DNA of 63,996 nucleotides, filler included, from Atractiella rhizophila (lineage: Eukaryota), in the NCBI GenBank assembly GCA_021432655.1. It is 5 parts of 5 records of this genome, joined end to end, with 100 filler letters (N's around TTAATTAATTAA, not from the genome) between each part and the next. Parts side by side here need not be neighbours in the genome. Positions count along the whole stretch, not along the records: positions 1 to 15,414 come from MU271933.1; 4 more parts are not named here. One strand, 5' to 3'. Under the pieces are notes generated by a model. That model worked only from the letters and a program-made list of their open reading frames with translations. It was not told the DNA's origin and made no database searches. The position numbers were made by a program, and so were the translations under genes. Shown piece after piece: positions 1-13,397 of this stretch (the stretch's first letter is position 1; every line of letters starts with the position of its first letter).

Positions 1-422
1 TCTTAGACAGTGTGACAACTTTGTGGTCAATTACAATAAGACGAGACACTTCATGTTGAGCCGCCTTTGACGAAGAGAAATTATCCCAGTGAGGAAGATT
101 GTCAAGAATGTTCAGTTGCCATTGAAATTATTGGCGTTCTATTGCTACGTTCTACAATGACACTGTTCGTTGACCAATTGCGTGTATTGGCCGCCGCTCA
201 CTCTCAAGCTAAAGGGATATATTCATTCAATTTCAAGGGATGACGATAAGAAAGATGTGAAACGAACGTGTCTTTATAAGTTTCAGAAGGGAAAAAAGAA
301 TGCAATGACAGGACGATCAGAAAAGATAAAAGCTCTGGTTGAAATCATAGAACCCGACTTCAGTTCACTACGGCCTGAGTCAACATATGTGATTCTGTGA
401 GAGGATGGCTAGCGTCAAATCC

Positions 423-2064
423 CTAATGATGCTTCTTGAACCATCTGGTTGGAGCCGCGAAAGAAAGCAGGTGGGGTAAATATGTTTTGTGCCTTTTAAC
501 TGGACGCTCAACTTCCTTCCGATCGTTATGTTGGACTACTACGGGTTTGTCTACCCTCGCAGCCACGAATTGATGCATTTGAGTGAGCTGAGGTGTTGCA
601 GCAGGCGTGGTATCGAGGGTGCCATGCGAACCGCAACGGGAAGACTCAGACGCAATGGAGCTCGAGCTGGTGCATTGTGACAGAGAGGTATCCCAATTGG
701 AGTCATCGTCTCCCTCCTCTTCGGGGGCGATGATCTGGATTCGAGGTACTTCGACATCAAGAGGATCGACCATGATTTCTGAGATCCCAGTTAAATTCAG
801 TTCCAGTTCTTCTAGGGATATCCATTTTCTGGTCCTTCTCCTCCTATTAGGATCGAATGCCTCTAACTCTTCCGGCACATCGTAGTCGTGTCCAAATTCT
901 ATCCTACTCTGCCGTATCCCTTCCAAAATCTCAGGACGGTTCGCTCGACGCAGCTTCTGGCTTCCCCACATGTCCAATCTCGCATCTGCGACGATTACTT
1001 CGGGTTCAAGGCGGGACCAGCATTCGTAACAAGGAGCACGTTGGAAGAACGGCACAGCCCTGAACAAAGCGTCAGGATCGGACCATGCCCATGGCTTGTT
1101 CCTGAAGAAGGTCTTGTCGAGCAGATCCACTTCCTCTTCCGCGTTGGGTCCAGTCAAGCAATTGATGACATCCACTAAGGCATCTCTAGACGAATGAAAA
1201 GGACAGGGACATCTGAATCGCTTAAGCCTATTCGACTTAGCAATTGCCTATTCGGTTTCTGGGTAAGCTGTATGGAGACAACTGGAAACCAGAGCGACTT
1301 ACGATAGGTCGAAAGGTCGTTGCAGCTGCAAATCGTACGGAGTAACGTTTGCGGGAAGCAGGCTTTGATGGATCTTTCATAGCAGAACGACGCGGAAAAT
1401 TCAAGGCACTCTTGATGGATGTAAGGAGATTCTTCTATTCGCGAACATCAGGAGCCGTCAGGATGATGAGGATTAGCCAACCTTTGGGCAGTCCCCAAGG
1501 ACAACAGCTCGTAGCACATTAGAATTTCCTCCAAAGCCGTACGTCTCCATGCCGTCGAAAACTAGCGTCGCATCCATCTACATCGAAAAATTTAGGTATA
1601 CGATCGAAAGCGAAGATGAAGGGCATGCCTCCTCGTAGACTAAGACGTTCTCGATCCAATAGCATGACGAGCGGCCAATTCGTATACCGAAGCAACGATA
1701 CACTTCGTTAACGGATGCCTTGTATTTGTCCGCGGCATCCTTCATAAACCAAACTTCATCCACGTCCTGTCAAGACAAGAAAACGTACCATCAATCTGCC
1801 ATGATTTCGAACGCGTTCCAGGACCTTCGCTCCCCTTCGTTGAACCTTGTAAAGAGCTTCGCCACACGAATCTTCCAAGTCCGTTCTAAAATGGTATGTC
1901 CTGTCTTTCACTTCTTGCCACAATGTTTGACGCAAAGAAGTGTCGAAAATATAAAACACAATGGGGTGTGGCCTGAGCTGGCTTAGAGTCGTCGGGTAGT
2001 GTGATCTTCTCGTACACCGTGGCCAATGACAATCTGGCATTTCGCAGCGAGTGAAGAAAGGCAT
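423..2064 (-). CDS. Hypothetical multi-exon protein
   Basis: Co-oriented minus-strand ORFs (1756-2073, 1578-1763, 423-1175) separated by short GT-AG-like gaps. ATG at 2064 (MPFFTRCEMPDCHW). S-rich low-complexity C-terminus. No family recognised; exon structure approximate. Confidence 0.5.
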
Positions 2065-2114
2065 CTTGGTCAAGAAGTAGGATATTCAAGAAAGAACAAT
2101 GTAAAAGGTGATTT

Positions 2115-3702
2115 GAAGGAATACAGTCAAGCTGTTGGTGGTTCCACTCACTGCGGAAGAGCGGGAAGGGTTATGGCGCTTAGGTCAGAAGCATCCCGCC
2201 TTCCCGCCATCCCGCCCAACACTTCTTCCCGTCCCGCCTTCATATTGAACCAGAGCTTCTGGAGTTTGGAAACTAGAAACGGTCTTTGCTGCCATTCTAA
2301 CAATTCTGATTGAGACATTGAGGCATTGTCTGGGGTGTTATTAAAGAGCACCGTCGCATTTTCACTCCTTCATCCTCTCGGTAATGCTGCAGCAATTTCG
2401 CTTGTGTATCGTTGACAATAACATTGCTCTATGTAAAACGACCCAACGTTTTGGGATTAATTGGTGGCTCGATGATGTCGCTCAGAAAGTGGTTCACTTC
2501 AGTCAGAACAAAGTCGAAGCATCTGTCCTGTCATATCAACTTGAAACAGACTTGTTGCGGTGAAACTTCAGAACTTTGCTTGGAACAACGCATTCTTTTC
2601 TTTAATCAGCCAAGGAGACGGGAGTAGCCATAACAGTCCTTGCAGTAACCGAAGTCATCCTTCCACTTCCGTGAATAATCCACAACCACTTTGTCATATG
2701 CCAAAAGAGCCAGGATAAACAACGCTCCACATATCCGTTGAGTCTTCCACTCACTTCTAGCACGGCTGTCTGTGACTGAACTATGCGCTGTCCGTAGTAC
2801 ACAAATTACTAAACAGGTCGATGCTGCTGAGCACTGATCCTTGAATATGACAAACTTGAACTTGATACATAATCTTTATTGACGCTCNNNNNNNNNNNNN
2901 NNNNNNNNNNNNGAAGGAATACAGTCAAGCTGTTGGTGGTTTCCACTCACTGCGGAAGAGCGGGAAGGGTTATGGCGCTTAGGTCAGAAGCATCCCGCCT
3001 TCCCGCCATCCCGCCATCCCGCCCAACACTTCTTCCCGTCCCGCCTTCATATTGAACCAGAGCTTCTGGAGTTTGGAAACTAGAAACGGTCTTTGCTGCC
3101 ATTCTAACAATTCTGATTGAGACATTGAGGCATTGTCTGCGGTGTTATTAAAGAGCACCGTCGCATTTTCACTCCTTCATCCTCTCGTAATGCTGCAGCA
3201 ATTTCGCTTGTGTATCGTTGACAATAACATTGCTCTAACGCCGAATAAAGCCTTGTAAAACGACCCAACGTTTTGGGATTAATTGGTGGCTCGATGATGT
3301 CGCTCAGAAACTGGTTCACTTCAGTCAGAACAAAGTCGAAGCATCTGTCCTGTCATATCAACTTGAAACAGACTTGTTGCGGTGAAACTTCAGAACTTTG
3401 CTTGGAACAACGCATTCTTTTCTTTAATCAGCCAAGGAGACGGGAGTAGCCATAACAGTCCTTGCAGTAACCGAAGTCATCCTTCCACTTCCGTGAATAA
3501 TCACTTTGTCATATGCCAAAAGAGCCAGGATAAACAACGCTCCACATATCCGTTGAGTCTTCCACTCACTTCTAGCACGGCTGTCTGTGACTGAACTATG
3601 CGCTGTCCGTAGTACACAAATTACTAAACAGGTCGATGCTGCTGAGCACTGATCCTTGAATATGACAAACTTGAACTTGATACATAATCTTTATTGACGC
3701 TC
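2115..3702. repeat. ~780-bp near-identical direct duplication (2115-2887 / 2913-3702) flanking a 25-N gap
   Basis: Both copies start GAAGGAATACAGTC and end TTATTGACGCTC. They differ by a few SNPs and small indels. Probably an unmerged contig overlap or two alleles. Confidence 0.9.
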
Positions 3703-4506
3703 AGTGGGACTCACTTTTCTTTGGAATTTATTAGGCCGTCTCCTAACATAAACTTCCCTTCTCCTCCAAACATATCCTCTTGCGTCTCTTGGTACTTTGG
3801 TGGGAGAGAGTTTCATAACGGCAAAGTATGTCAGACTCAGTGACTAAGGTTGTGCCTAGGCTTCAAACCAAACAGTAACCTCGCCAACTCTCTCTTAAAC
3901 TCCCCTCACTGCTTCAAATTGTTTGTGGGCTCACCTGCCTAATACTTAACCTCACGAAACCAGCACTGTGGAGTACCGTAAAGCAATCCAATGGGCAAAT
4001 GTTCTCTGGACATCTGTCACAGTGAAGATGGTTCACGATTCGCCTGATGAATCCTGATTTATTGGCAGTCGCCAACGTCTCGTAAGCACATGCGTTGCGC
4101 CAACAAGATCAATTCCACCAACTTCATGACACGACTCTGTCATCGTGACTTCCCTCGCATCACACTCCTGTCAATCCAGGTCCAACGATCGGTACAGCTC
4201 CACCTCGTCGACAGTACCAGTTCTAGAAGCCACCTTTTAACAAGCCCGGCATGAATCCAAACGGCGATGCACATCGTACAACTGATCTGGGAAATCATGC
4301 TCCCATCCGTCTTCTCAACGACGCTCTGGAGAAGGACGACTGGGACGGAGTGAATACTTAAAGCACCTAGACTTAATGTACAAGCCGCAACTTGCTCGGA
4401 AACCTTTAGATCGTGATACGGTACTTGGCCTCCGGTATGCAAGACAATTGTGATGTGGTTTACATTGATAAATACAATGGAATGCATTTATTCCTTAGGT
4501 CCTTGC

Positions 4507-7500
4507 TCAAAAGTTCACCCACCCATAACCTCCAGTCGATAGACTAGCAGGCAGACTGTCATCAGCGGCACCACAATCAAGTGACATGTCATCCGTCACT
4601 TCTAATTCCACGGTGCTTCCATTCTCGAAGACACTCCAGGGGATCCAACATCTACTCTTCCACTCCTTCCCGTCAATCTTCACGTCCTGTTCATCACGCA
4701 CAATGAGCTCTGCTATGCGAGGATGGGAAAAAAAGTGACACACTTTAACATATACGCTCTTTCCTGTCGTATCGAAATTCGACACCTTGATAGTGGTCCA
4801 AGACTCGAAAAGCGGGTTATAGAAAGAGATGCTTGGGAAATATGGCGAAGACAGGAGGAATTGTTGCGTCGCAGGAAGGGGATAGAGGCCGACGAGGTAG
4901 AAGAATACGTAGCTTGCCATCGCGCCAGCTACACCCAAAACGTTACCGAAAGAAAAGATAATAAGTTTACAGACGCACAATCATCATTGCCTGGAAGACC
5001 ATTTAGTGAAGTATTGTAAGAAGTGGAGATGGTTTGTCTGCTCCTGAAAGTCGAGAGTGCAGGTCGGTGGGCATAATGATACATGAATGGAATCTGCTGT
5101 GACGGCTCATTTGTTGAATCGAAGTACCCCTACCAAGGCATCATCGCATCTTCAGTATGGCTTTATATTTTCTGGAACAGGGGACATACCTCATCGAAAA
5201 TCCAATCCAGACGCTGAATAAAATTCTCAGGTCCGCCTTGGATCTCAATCAACTTCGCAGTGTCATGAGGTGCATACTATTTAAGAGTTATCAGTTTTAT
5301 CTCAGTAATAATTACTGACGGCGTACCTGAGAATAGACGATAGGGGAGCTCTCATAGAACCCATCTCTCCGGATGTTATTCAAAAAGCAAGTCGCTTTAA
5401 CGGGATCGTCTACCCTCGCGCAAAATGAGCTGTAATTTATCAAAATGGAGGGCAACGAACGAATGGAGCAATGCCTCGGATCGGTGTGGTTGAATGTGCC
5501 GTTGCTGAATTTCGGCTGGATGAAGCCTTGGACATAGGCAGGGGCATCAGGGACGGTCACATTCGGGTTCCAGAGATTCAGGAAATTCTGCGATCGCTTC
5601 GCGTACTATAACAATAACGTGAGAGTGCGAAGTATGGGAGGCAGAAGAGCAAACCTTGTTCGAGTCGTCAGACAGGCCCATGAACTTCGCAACCTGCGAA
5701 ATAGAAAAGTCGTCGAAAGCAAGCTGTCGATAACATAGATTTATGAAACCTCAGATCCAAGAAAAAGAGGTGGCAAACACACCTCCACCGTCCTCGAACA
5801 TTGCTTGCTATTCGAACCACCTTCAAAAAACTCCTTCCCGAACACATTTTGGGGAATGTAGCCTATTGGTCATTTCAGTCTCCTCGCTTGACACGTTTTC
5901 AGAAGAAACTGAGAAAGCTCACCATATTTGTTCCACACATCTACTTGCCTCCCCTGCAGATTCCAATTTGGCGGTTGCTTCTCCGCGTCGGCTATCCCAT
6001 GATTGATGTTCAGCAGCCTTGTCATATAGAGAAGAGATCAGGAGCAAGGTACCAAGCAAAGCGGTCCAGAGATCTTCAGGTGAGACACCAAGGTTTCGAG
6101 CATGATCATGATACCTTCACTGAACATCAAAGACTTGTGGTGGAAGAGGAGGGAGGTGTACTTGACAAAGAATTCAGCGAGGACGGGATCAGCGTGGCTT
6201 CCTCCCTGAATCCACTGCTGGGTATTCGCCCTATCTCCTCGTCATCATCGAGATTATTCGCATTGGAGAATGGTACCCTCTGCATTCCGGCAACCATCCT
6301 ACAGCGTTTCACTTGAATGAGAGAAGATTTGGAGAGGACTTAAATGCGCACCTTCGTGTTTCTGAATATCAATGAATCCCCTTACAATCTCCGCGAAGGT
6401 ATGAGGGTCATGAAGGGACATGAGCGGGTAAAGGGTGCGGTACGTGTCCCACTGTGGACTTCACTGAGACATTGCAAGGCAGCGAGACAAGAGGAAAGAG
6501 GAAAGACGAACGTTGCAATAGATGCTGTCGTAGTAAACTTCTGTCGAATTCCAATTCTGGTTCTCTCCGGTATCTATCTTCCTTCATCAGGGACACAAAT
6601 CAACGCAGGATAGAAAGGAAACGTACAGTTGGCGGGCACGATGTGGGTTCTATACAAGCTGGAATAGAGCAGCGAAACAGTGTCATCGTCCCCATCCACT
6701 CTCTCCACTTTTACTCTCTCAAGTATATCATTCCACTGTCCTCTCGCCTCTCTATCCAAATAGACAAGTCCATCAGTCGGTCGCACGCGCCTTCCAGTCA
6801 CCCGAACACAGAAAGGAGACATACCGGTGGACACGATCGAAGTCCCAGTCCCAAACCTCCTCCTCTGCGCTCTCGCACGCCTGTTTTTCGCTGATGAAAC
6901 TGACCCCTACACGCGCGAGGATGGAACTTCCTCCAGACGTCGAGTTCGCCGCAGGGTTTGGAGGGAATGTGAACATTGCGCCCATCTCCGTCAAAAAACC
7001 TGCCCCGCCCACAACCGTTCAGTGTCTATTCTCCAAAAGCCAAAGGAGGGATGACCAACCGGTATATAAATCGCTGAAAGACTTTACGCCCCGAGCTGGA
7101 TATCTATCGGGATTGACACATATCACTTAGCTGTCGCGTTGTGAAAGGCTTCACGACTTACGTCACATACCTGCCGAAGCGAAGTCAGAAAACCACGCAG
7201 ACGAAGGGGGCGAAGACTCACCAAGCCCCATGCTCAGTAGGAGCTTCCCATTCGTATCCCTCTCCCTTAAAGTCCGCACAGACATATGCACGGTATTGTC
7301 CCGGACCAAAGGAGGAAGTAAACGTCGCACCACCTGTCCCCCAAACCACACGAGACCAAGGTGCCGTTGTCAGTCAGGTTGCACGTGTGGGGGTATGAAG
7401 AGGTCGCAGAACAGAATGCTCTCGAAGGGGCGTGACGATGAAGAGGGGAAGAACATACCAACCACTCTACCGGTCGTCTCGTCCAGTCGCATGAATGCCT

Positions 7501-8403
7501 TACTACTGTCTTGCTTCCCATCATTCGTGATGTCGACTAACAACCTCGGCTCCCAGCTGTGCGGCGGAAAGGTGTACCTGTGGAGCGCCGTCCTCCTTGT
7601 AGCTGTGAGCTCCACTCTAACCCCGTTGGACTAGCATCCCACCCTACATCAGCTCTGTTCGAGAGGAGGGAAAAGGGAGGAAATAGTGAAGGAACAGAAT
7701 AAGCACGCACGAGATTAGTGCTGAAGTACCCAGGGGAGGCAAAATCGTCCGCCCTGCCATCTTCTAAAACCTTCCTTAGGATCTTCCTTGCTGCAATGTT
7801 GGGCGGACAGCCTTCGAATCCGGGAGTGCAGTTCGCAAAGGGGAAGAGCTTAAAATTCGAGAGGGGAACGCTCTGTGCCATGGGTCTTGGATCAGTATGG
7901 CCCACTACACCTTTACAAGGAGGCAGAGGAGAACACGAATGGAAGCGAAGAGCAACTCACTCCTCCAGTTCCTGTATCGTGTAGCTGACTGAACCCAGTA
8001 ACATTGTATGTCGAATTACCATCGTAACCGGCGTGCTATACGCATTCTGAGCTCATGCAAAATTTTGAGAGTGAAGGGAGTGCCATACGTTTCCTGGAGA
8101 GTCGGTGTCCATCCCAGCTTTGATCATTCCATGGGGAAGAGTCGCTCCTGCTCGCCAATCCATGCATGAGGGATCCAATATTACAATAAAAGAGCCCAAC
8201 CGCACCTGGAAAGGTGTGGCCTCCATTGATGGATCCGATGAAAAGGTTCACTATCTCGGCTGGGTCGAAGCTAGCGCTCGAGATGAACAGGCTGCCGTAA
8301 TAGAGGAGAAGACACACTCTGCATTCCTCGTTTCTAGTTCGTTGAGCTCGCTGACAGCCGGAGCGCTGAGCACGAGCGCCGGGAGGAGGAGTGAGAGGAG
8401 CAT
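4507..8403 (-). CDS. Secreted glycoside hydrolase family 92 (alpha-1,2-mannosidase-like), many introns
   Basis: Signal peptide MLLSLLLPALVLSAPAVS from ATG 8403, spliced to FDPAEIVNLFIGSINGGHTFPG. Also ELTATRRTALHRYTF, YSSLYRTHIVPA, YFDSTNEPSQQIPFMY, GLPGNDD and GAMASYVFFYLVGLYP, all characteristic GH92 motifs. Confidence 0.93.
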
Positions 8404-9192
8404 TCTACTCGTTCCCAGTCAATCTAGAGGCTAGAATCGTTCGAGTTTCGACCAAACCAAGATGTGCGGTGCGAGTCGAGTTGACGAAGACGGAGGTTAT
8501 GAAGGAGGGACGATTTGCAATTCGGCTTTTTGCTCTCATGTTTTGTTTGTGCCGGCGCTTGTGCAGATGAGATTGGTGCAAATTGGCGAGGGGAAAGAGA
8601 GGCATGTGCACACAGAGATAGTGCGAAAGAGTATTACGTGGGGAATATCCTCACCATTGGGTCTATCTCTCCACATCTCCCTCCTCTATTTCTTCTTTAG
8701 GGATCTCTTCATTTCACTGTAACATCTGAGGTATCCATCCAGCTGCGTCCAAGCTAGAAGCGCTATGGAAGCGAGAAAGCGAGAATACAAGGACAACGGC
8801 AACTTGAAGTTCGCATACGCTCACGTGAGTTCCCAAATTTGCAGCTGCTCTGAAATGGCATTCAGTTGATGATATCGCCGCGATGTTCAGAATTACTTGT
8901 TCCTCAAAGGCGGGCGCGATTAAAATTACGAGAAAGGATGCCGTCAATGAGTACGATCAGTTTTGAAGCCCCCAGTGTGTACATCACAACAGTTGCAGTT
9001 TCCGCCAAGGCAGTAGGTCAGGTCACCCTTGCCCTCTGCATACACCTGCTTACATGTCCTGACTGCTTTCCATCTCTCGCATTGTTGGCCAACGGGGAAT
9101 TGAAAAATATGTCGGTCACGTCCCCCAGCATGCGGGGTAATGGGTATAATACCCCAACTTTCGTGCTCCTTCCATTCACGACAGCGCGCAAC

Positions 9193-10385
9193 ATGTCATC
9201 ATCGACTCTGTTAGCTCTCTTTTAACCGTGAGAAGCTTTCTCACGCGTGACTAGTGCGAAAGAGAAGCTGTTGAGCAAATACATTCAGGCATTTTACGGC
9301 CGACCAGAACTATCAGATATTGTTTTCACATTCCCTGATGATCTGTGGAAGCCCAAGGCCAAGTTGTACGCAAATAAAAGATTTCTTTCTTCAATGTCGC
9401 CAATGTTTAAGACGAGTGCGCACCTAACATCCCATCAAAGAATGCTTACAATGCCTTAGTGTTTGAATCTGGCTTTAAAGAAAGTCGAGGACGCATCGGA
9501 AAGCCAGCGACAACAGCCATCCTGAATACGTCCTTCCGCACGTTTGCCGTATTTCTGCGGTATATTCAAACAAAGTGAGTTTCACATTAGTTCAGTCAGC
9601 ACCAAGACCAACTTCCTTACCTCATCCTGACCAGCGAGTTGCAGTTTCGAATGGTGTTCTCGTACGAATCTTACGTGCAAGAGGATCCACAAACTGGATA
9701 CCAAAAAGACTTAGAGGATATAGTTGACGTCTTGAGAGCTTATGAAGAATGGAATGACGACACCACCCTTTGCGCGGATCCCGATCAAGAGAGTTGTGAT
9801 CCGATAGAACTTTATGTTCTAGCTGATAGTAAGTGCTTTCCTCTTTATTGATTAGAGTAGACACAAGCTGAACCAAGCAACAGCATACGAAGTGGAAGCT
9901 CTGAAGCAGCAGATCAGAAATCAGCTCCATCGATATCTCACCCCTCAATCCGCCTATGACGCGTTGTTTAACACTCCTTCTCTCATTTTTAGTGAGTTGA
10001 GGGAGGTAATACTGAGCTATGTCAAGACAAATTGGGTACGCATGCGCTGCCAGTTCCTGACCAGCAATGATATTAATGATGGGCGATAAAGTATCAAGTC
10101 CGCAGAACACCTGCTGTATTGAACCTGCAGATGTTTCCTTTGGCATCTTTATCCGAATGTTACCATTTCTTGCCTCATGGCTTGGAGTTGTCGTTGGAGG
10201 AGCGAAGGAAAACGGTTCGGGAGATCAACATGGCTTTGTAGTGGAGTTCAAGTTCGAGTGGAAAATATTAAATGTACTGGAGAAGGAAGCTCCCAGATGG
10301 CCCGTTCTCATACTGACTGGATGCTCTTGGCCATTCTCTTGTCCTTGAGCGTACCATGACGGCCGACATTTCTCGAAGAAGGTGA
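9193..10385 (+). CDS. BTB/POZ-domain protein (3' end uncertain)
   Basis: PELSDIVFTF...KLYANKRFLSSMSPMFKT/MFESGFKES is the BTB N-terminal signature; ELYVLAD/YEVEALKQ is the typical end of a fungal BTB. Confidence 0.75.
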
Positions 10386-10619
10386 ATTCTTAGGTTGTTA
10401 CGCCGAATGTTGTGTTGGTGTATGTACAGACAATACGGCGCGTAGCAATCATGTAAAGTTCATGGAACTGTACCAAATGATATTGCGGTGTTCAGTGCAG
10501 CTAGAGCCTCTATCCAATATTTGTTGTAGCCGTGCCTTTGCTTCAATAAAAGTGTGATCTTGTGCGATCGGTCTCCTCTAGTACTCTCATGAAAACTGAG
10601 CTTGAACCGCGAAGCGACG

Positions 10620-12169
10620 ATGACCGGGACCATTCACATCTCTCCGCCTTCTCATTTCTCCCTCTCTATCCCCCAAAGCGACATTGACTCCCTTTACACT
10701 CAAATTTCGCACACGCCCTCCTCAGCCCTAGAACCTCTGAGCCTCACTGACTCCAACTCCTTGTCACCCCAAGACTTCACCTACGGCTTTCCTCCTGTCC
10801 TTCTGCAAAACCTCATCGCACGTCTCAATGGAGGATACGACTGGCGTGCTTTCGAGAAGAGGATGCAGGATATGGGAGATCATTACATGTCTGATGTGAG
10901 CGGCGTCGAAGGAGAAGGGACGATGAGGCTCCATTTCGTGCGAATCCGGAGCGAAAAGGACGGAGCAAGTCCAATCTTGTTACTCCACGGTTGGCCGGGC
11001 GATTTCTTCGAATTTGAGAAGGCTGGCAAGTTGCTCAGTCGCGATTTCGACGTCGTCATTCCTTCATTGCCTGGTTTGTTTCACTCAATACATCATGCTC
11101 TCAATTGAGGTGCTGATGGAATCTCATGCTAGGATATGCGTTCTCCTCTGGCCCCAGACATCCACACCTATCCTTCTCCTTTGGAAAAACTGCGCAACTG
11201 ATGGATGCCCTCATGAGTTCCCTCGGATTCTCGAAATACTTCGTCCAAGGAGGGGACTGGGGAAACACCATAGCGAGACGCATTGCACAATTGTTTCCCG
11301 ATCGAGTCTTGGGGCTTCACGTCAATTTCTTAGGAGGAGCATCAAAGTCAGTACTCTAGGGCGTTTTCCTTCCCGGAATAGATGGTCCAGAAGCCGTCGA
11401 GTCAACTGATGTTCGTGATTAGGGCGGCGAGCAGCTCCGATGGCATGGATGACAATGCGAAAGCGGCTTGGACCAGGTTCTTGGATTTCAGGCATCATGG
11501 ATTGGGGTACTTTTGGGTGATGGGTTCGTGTATCCATCCGATCCTCTTCTAACCCTTAATACTCATCTAATTAGGTTCTGTGCCATATGTTCGCTCGCCA
11601 CCCTATTTCATTTGATGATACTTTAATCCAGAAAGTGGTAGACCATTGGCCCCGCCCTATCGTTCCATCCACTCTCCCTTTTAGCTTTCTTAGGGGAGAA
11701 GTAAGTTTATGTCAACTTCATGCAGAATTGGTTGAGAAGTAGGCGCTACTAGGTGGTACCGATGGAGCACGTATCCCAATCCCATGCCGACGGACGAAAT
11801 ACTCACGCATATTCTTCTGTATTGGTTCTCCGGAAGTATCACCTCTTCGATGTGGTATTATTACATCCTAAACCATGAAGAAGGATCAGAAGACCTAAAA
11901 GAGATGAAGGAGACACAGATCTCTGCCCCCTTTGCCGTAAACTGCCTCTTTGCCTCAGCAAGCTGATCTCAAGATCGTGTTTGTAGTTCACTTGCGGGAA
12001 GTACGAAATGAACGGTCTAACAATCGAGCAAGCGAAATTGATAGCGACGGACATAAGGGTATTCAAAGTCCTCGACAAAGGGAGTCACTTTCTCGCCGCG
12101 GAAGAGCCCGAGTTGTTTGCGAAAGAAGTCGGACAATTCTTCAAGAAAATCGAGGAGGAAATCAAGTAG
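10620..12169 (+). CDS. Microsomal-type epoxide hydrolase (EHN + alpha/beta hydrolase)
   Basis: YDWRAFEKRM, LHFVRIRS, LLLHGWPG (oxyanion motif), VVIPSLPG/GYAFS, VQGGDWG (Asp nucleophile), C-terminal GSHFLAAEEPELF (His). Confidence 0.93.
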
Positions 12170-12782
12170 CTGATCCAGAAAGGATTTCAATATAAATATT
12201 TCGAGTCATTTGCCAGCAGAAACAAGAGCACCAATGAATTGTTTTCCACTGAAGACTAGCAAAAGTGTGTGGAAGATATCTTCTTTGTCGGAATAGTTTC
12301 GAAGTTAAATGAGCGAAGTTTCACACTTCTTTGCGCGAGTCACAAGGATAACTTGAATATCGACTCTGTCGGGAACGACATTGGAGTCTCGAAGCCACTC
12401 AGAACGATATTTCTACCTTTACCTTCACATCATTTTTCTCGAGATCATGAAAGACGTGACGGGGTCTGTCTGTGCGCCAATGCTCCTGCCCAGCTACCAC
12501 AGCTTCCACGAGGCCACAGCCCTTTGTCCCTCGAGGTGACTCGCACAGACCCGCACAGATCGTAGACCTCGATTCTTGATTCTTCTTCTTGAGGAGTGAC
12601 TTGCACAGGTCTCTCTTGTTGACAAATGGAGTTATAAAAGTCGGGAGCTCGAAATCGAGGTGGCCAATTCAGGACACTTCGATTCTGATCGTGGTTGTAA
12701 GCGCAATTTTACTTATTCCTCTTTCGTGCGCTAATCATCCTTTGCCTGTTCAGCGCCGAATTCCTCCCAAGTCAAGCAACAT

Positions 12783-13181
12783 ATGTCTTCCTCATCTATA
12801 TCGTCTATATCAAACTCTGTTTCCCTCTGTTCGGCAGGAGGTACGAACACATCCACTCCTTTCACACCTCCAGCCGCAGCATCCACATCAACGATTTCTC
12901 CTCTCTATTCACTCTCAAAACCAAACCTGCAGTCCACACCAACACCAATACCTAATTTTGAGTTCTGGGAAACAATGACGGGGATTGGCGCCGAGCGTCT
13001 GGAGCTTGAACGGACCATGTGGGCCGCAGAATACGAGAGGGAGATGGACGCGCGAATCAGAGAGATGAATGGACCGTGGAGCTTCCATGCTGTGCTGAGG
13101 CAAGGGTTAACTGGATTGCCTTACATCCCCAGTGGGAACATGATCGATCCGAAAGCTTTGGACGGGTCCCGACAGAAATAA
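12783..13181 (+). CDS. Small hypothetical protein (132 aa)
   Basis: ATG-initiated ORF, S/T/P-rich N-terminus, charged helical C-terminal half. No family recognised. Confidence 0.45.
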   Translation: MSSSSISSISNSVSLCSAGGTNTSTPFTPPAAASTSTISPLYSLSKPNLQSTPTPIPNFEFWETMTGIGAERLELERTMWAAEYEREMDARIREMNGPWSFHAVLRQGLTGLPYIPSGNMIDPKALDGSRQK

Positions 13182-13397
13182 TGCTCATATTTCAAAGTTG
13201 AAACTCTAACATAATTCGATGCTAAGAAAGCTATTTCTGTCGCAGTTGTTCTCATGCTTTGCTCATAATAGACTGCATTTATTTCATTGTGGCTACATCT
13301 TTTCTGTTGATAAATACTTCAAGAGTACCGCCTAAACTTTGCATACAACTACAACGAGAAAGGCATTACTACAATCAGTCTCTTTAGTTAGGGTGAA

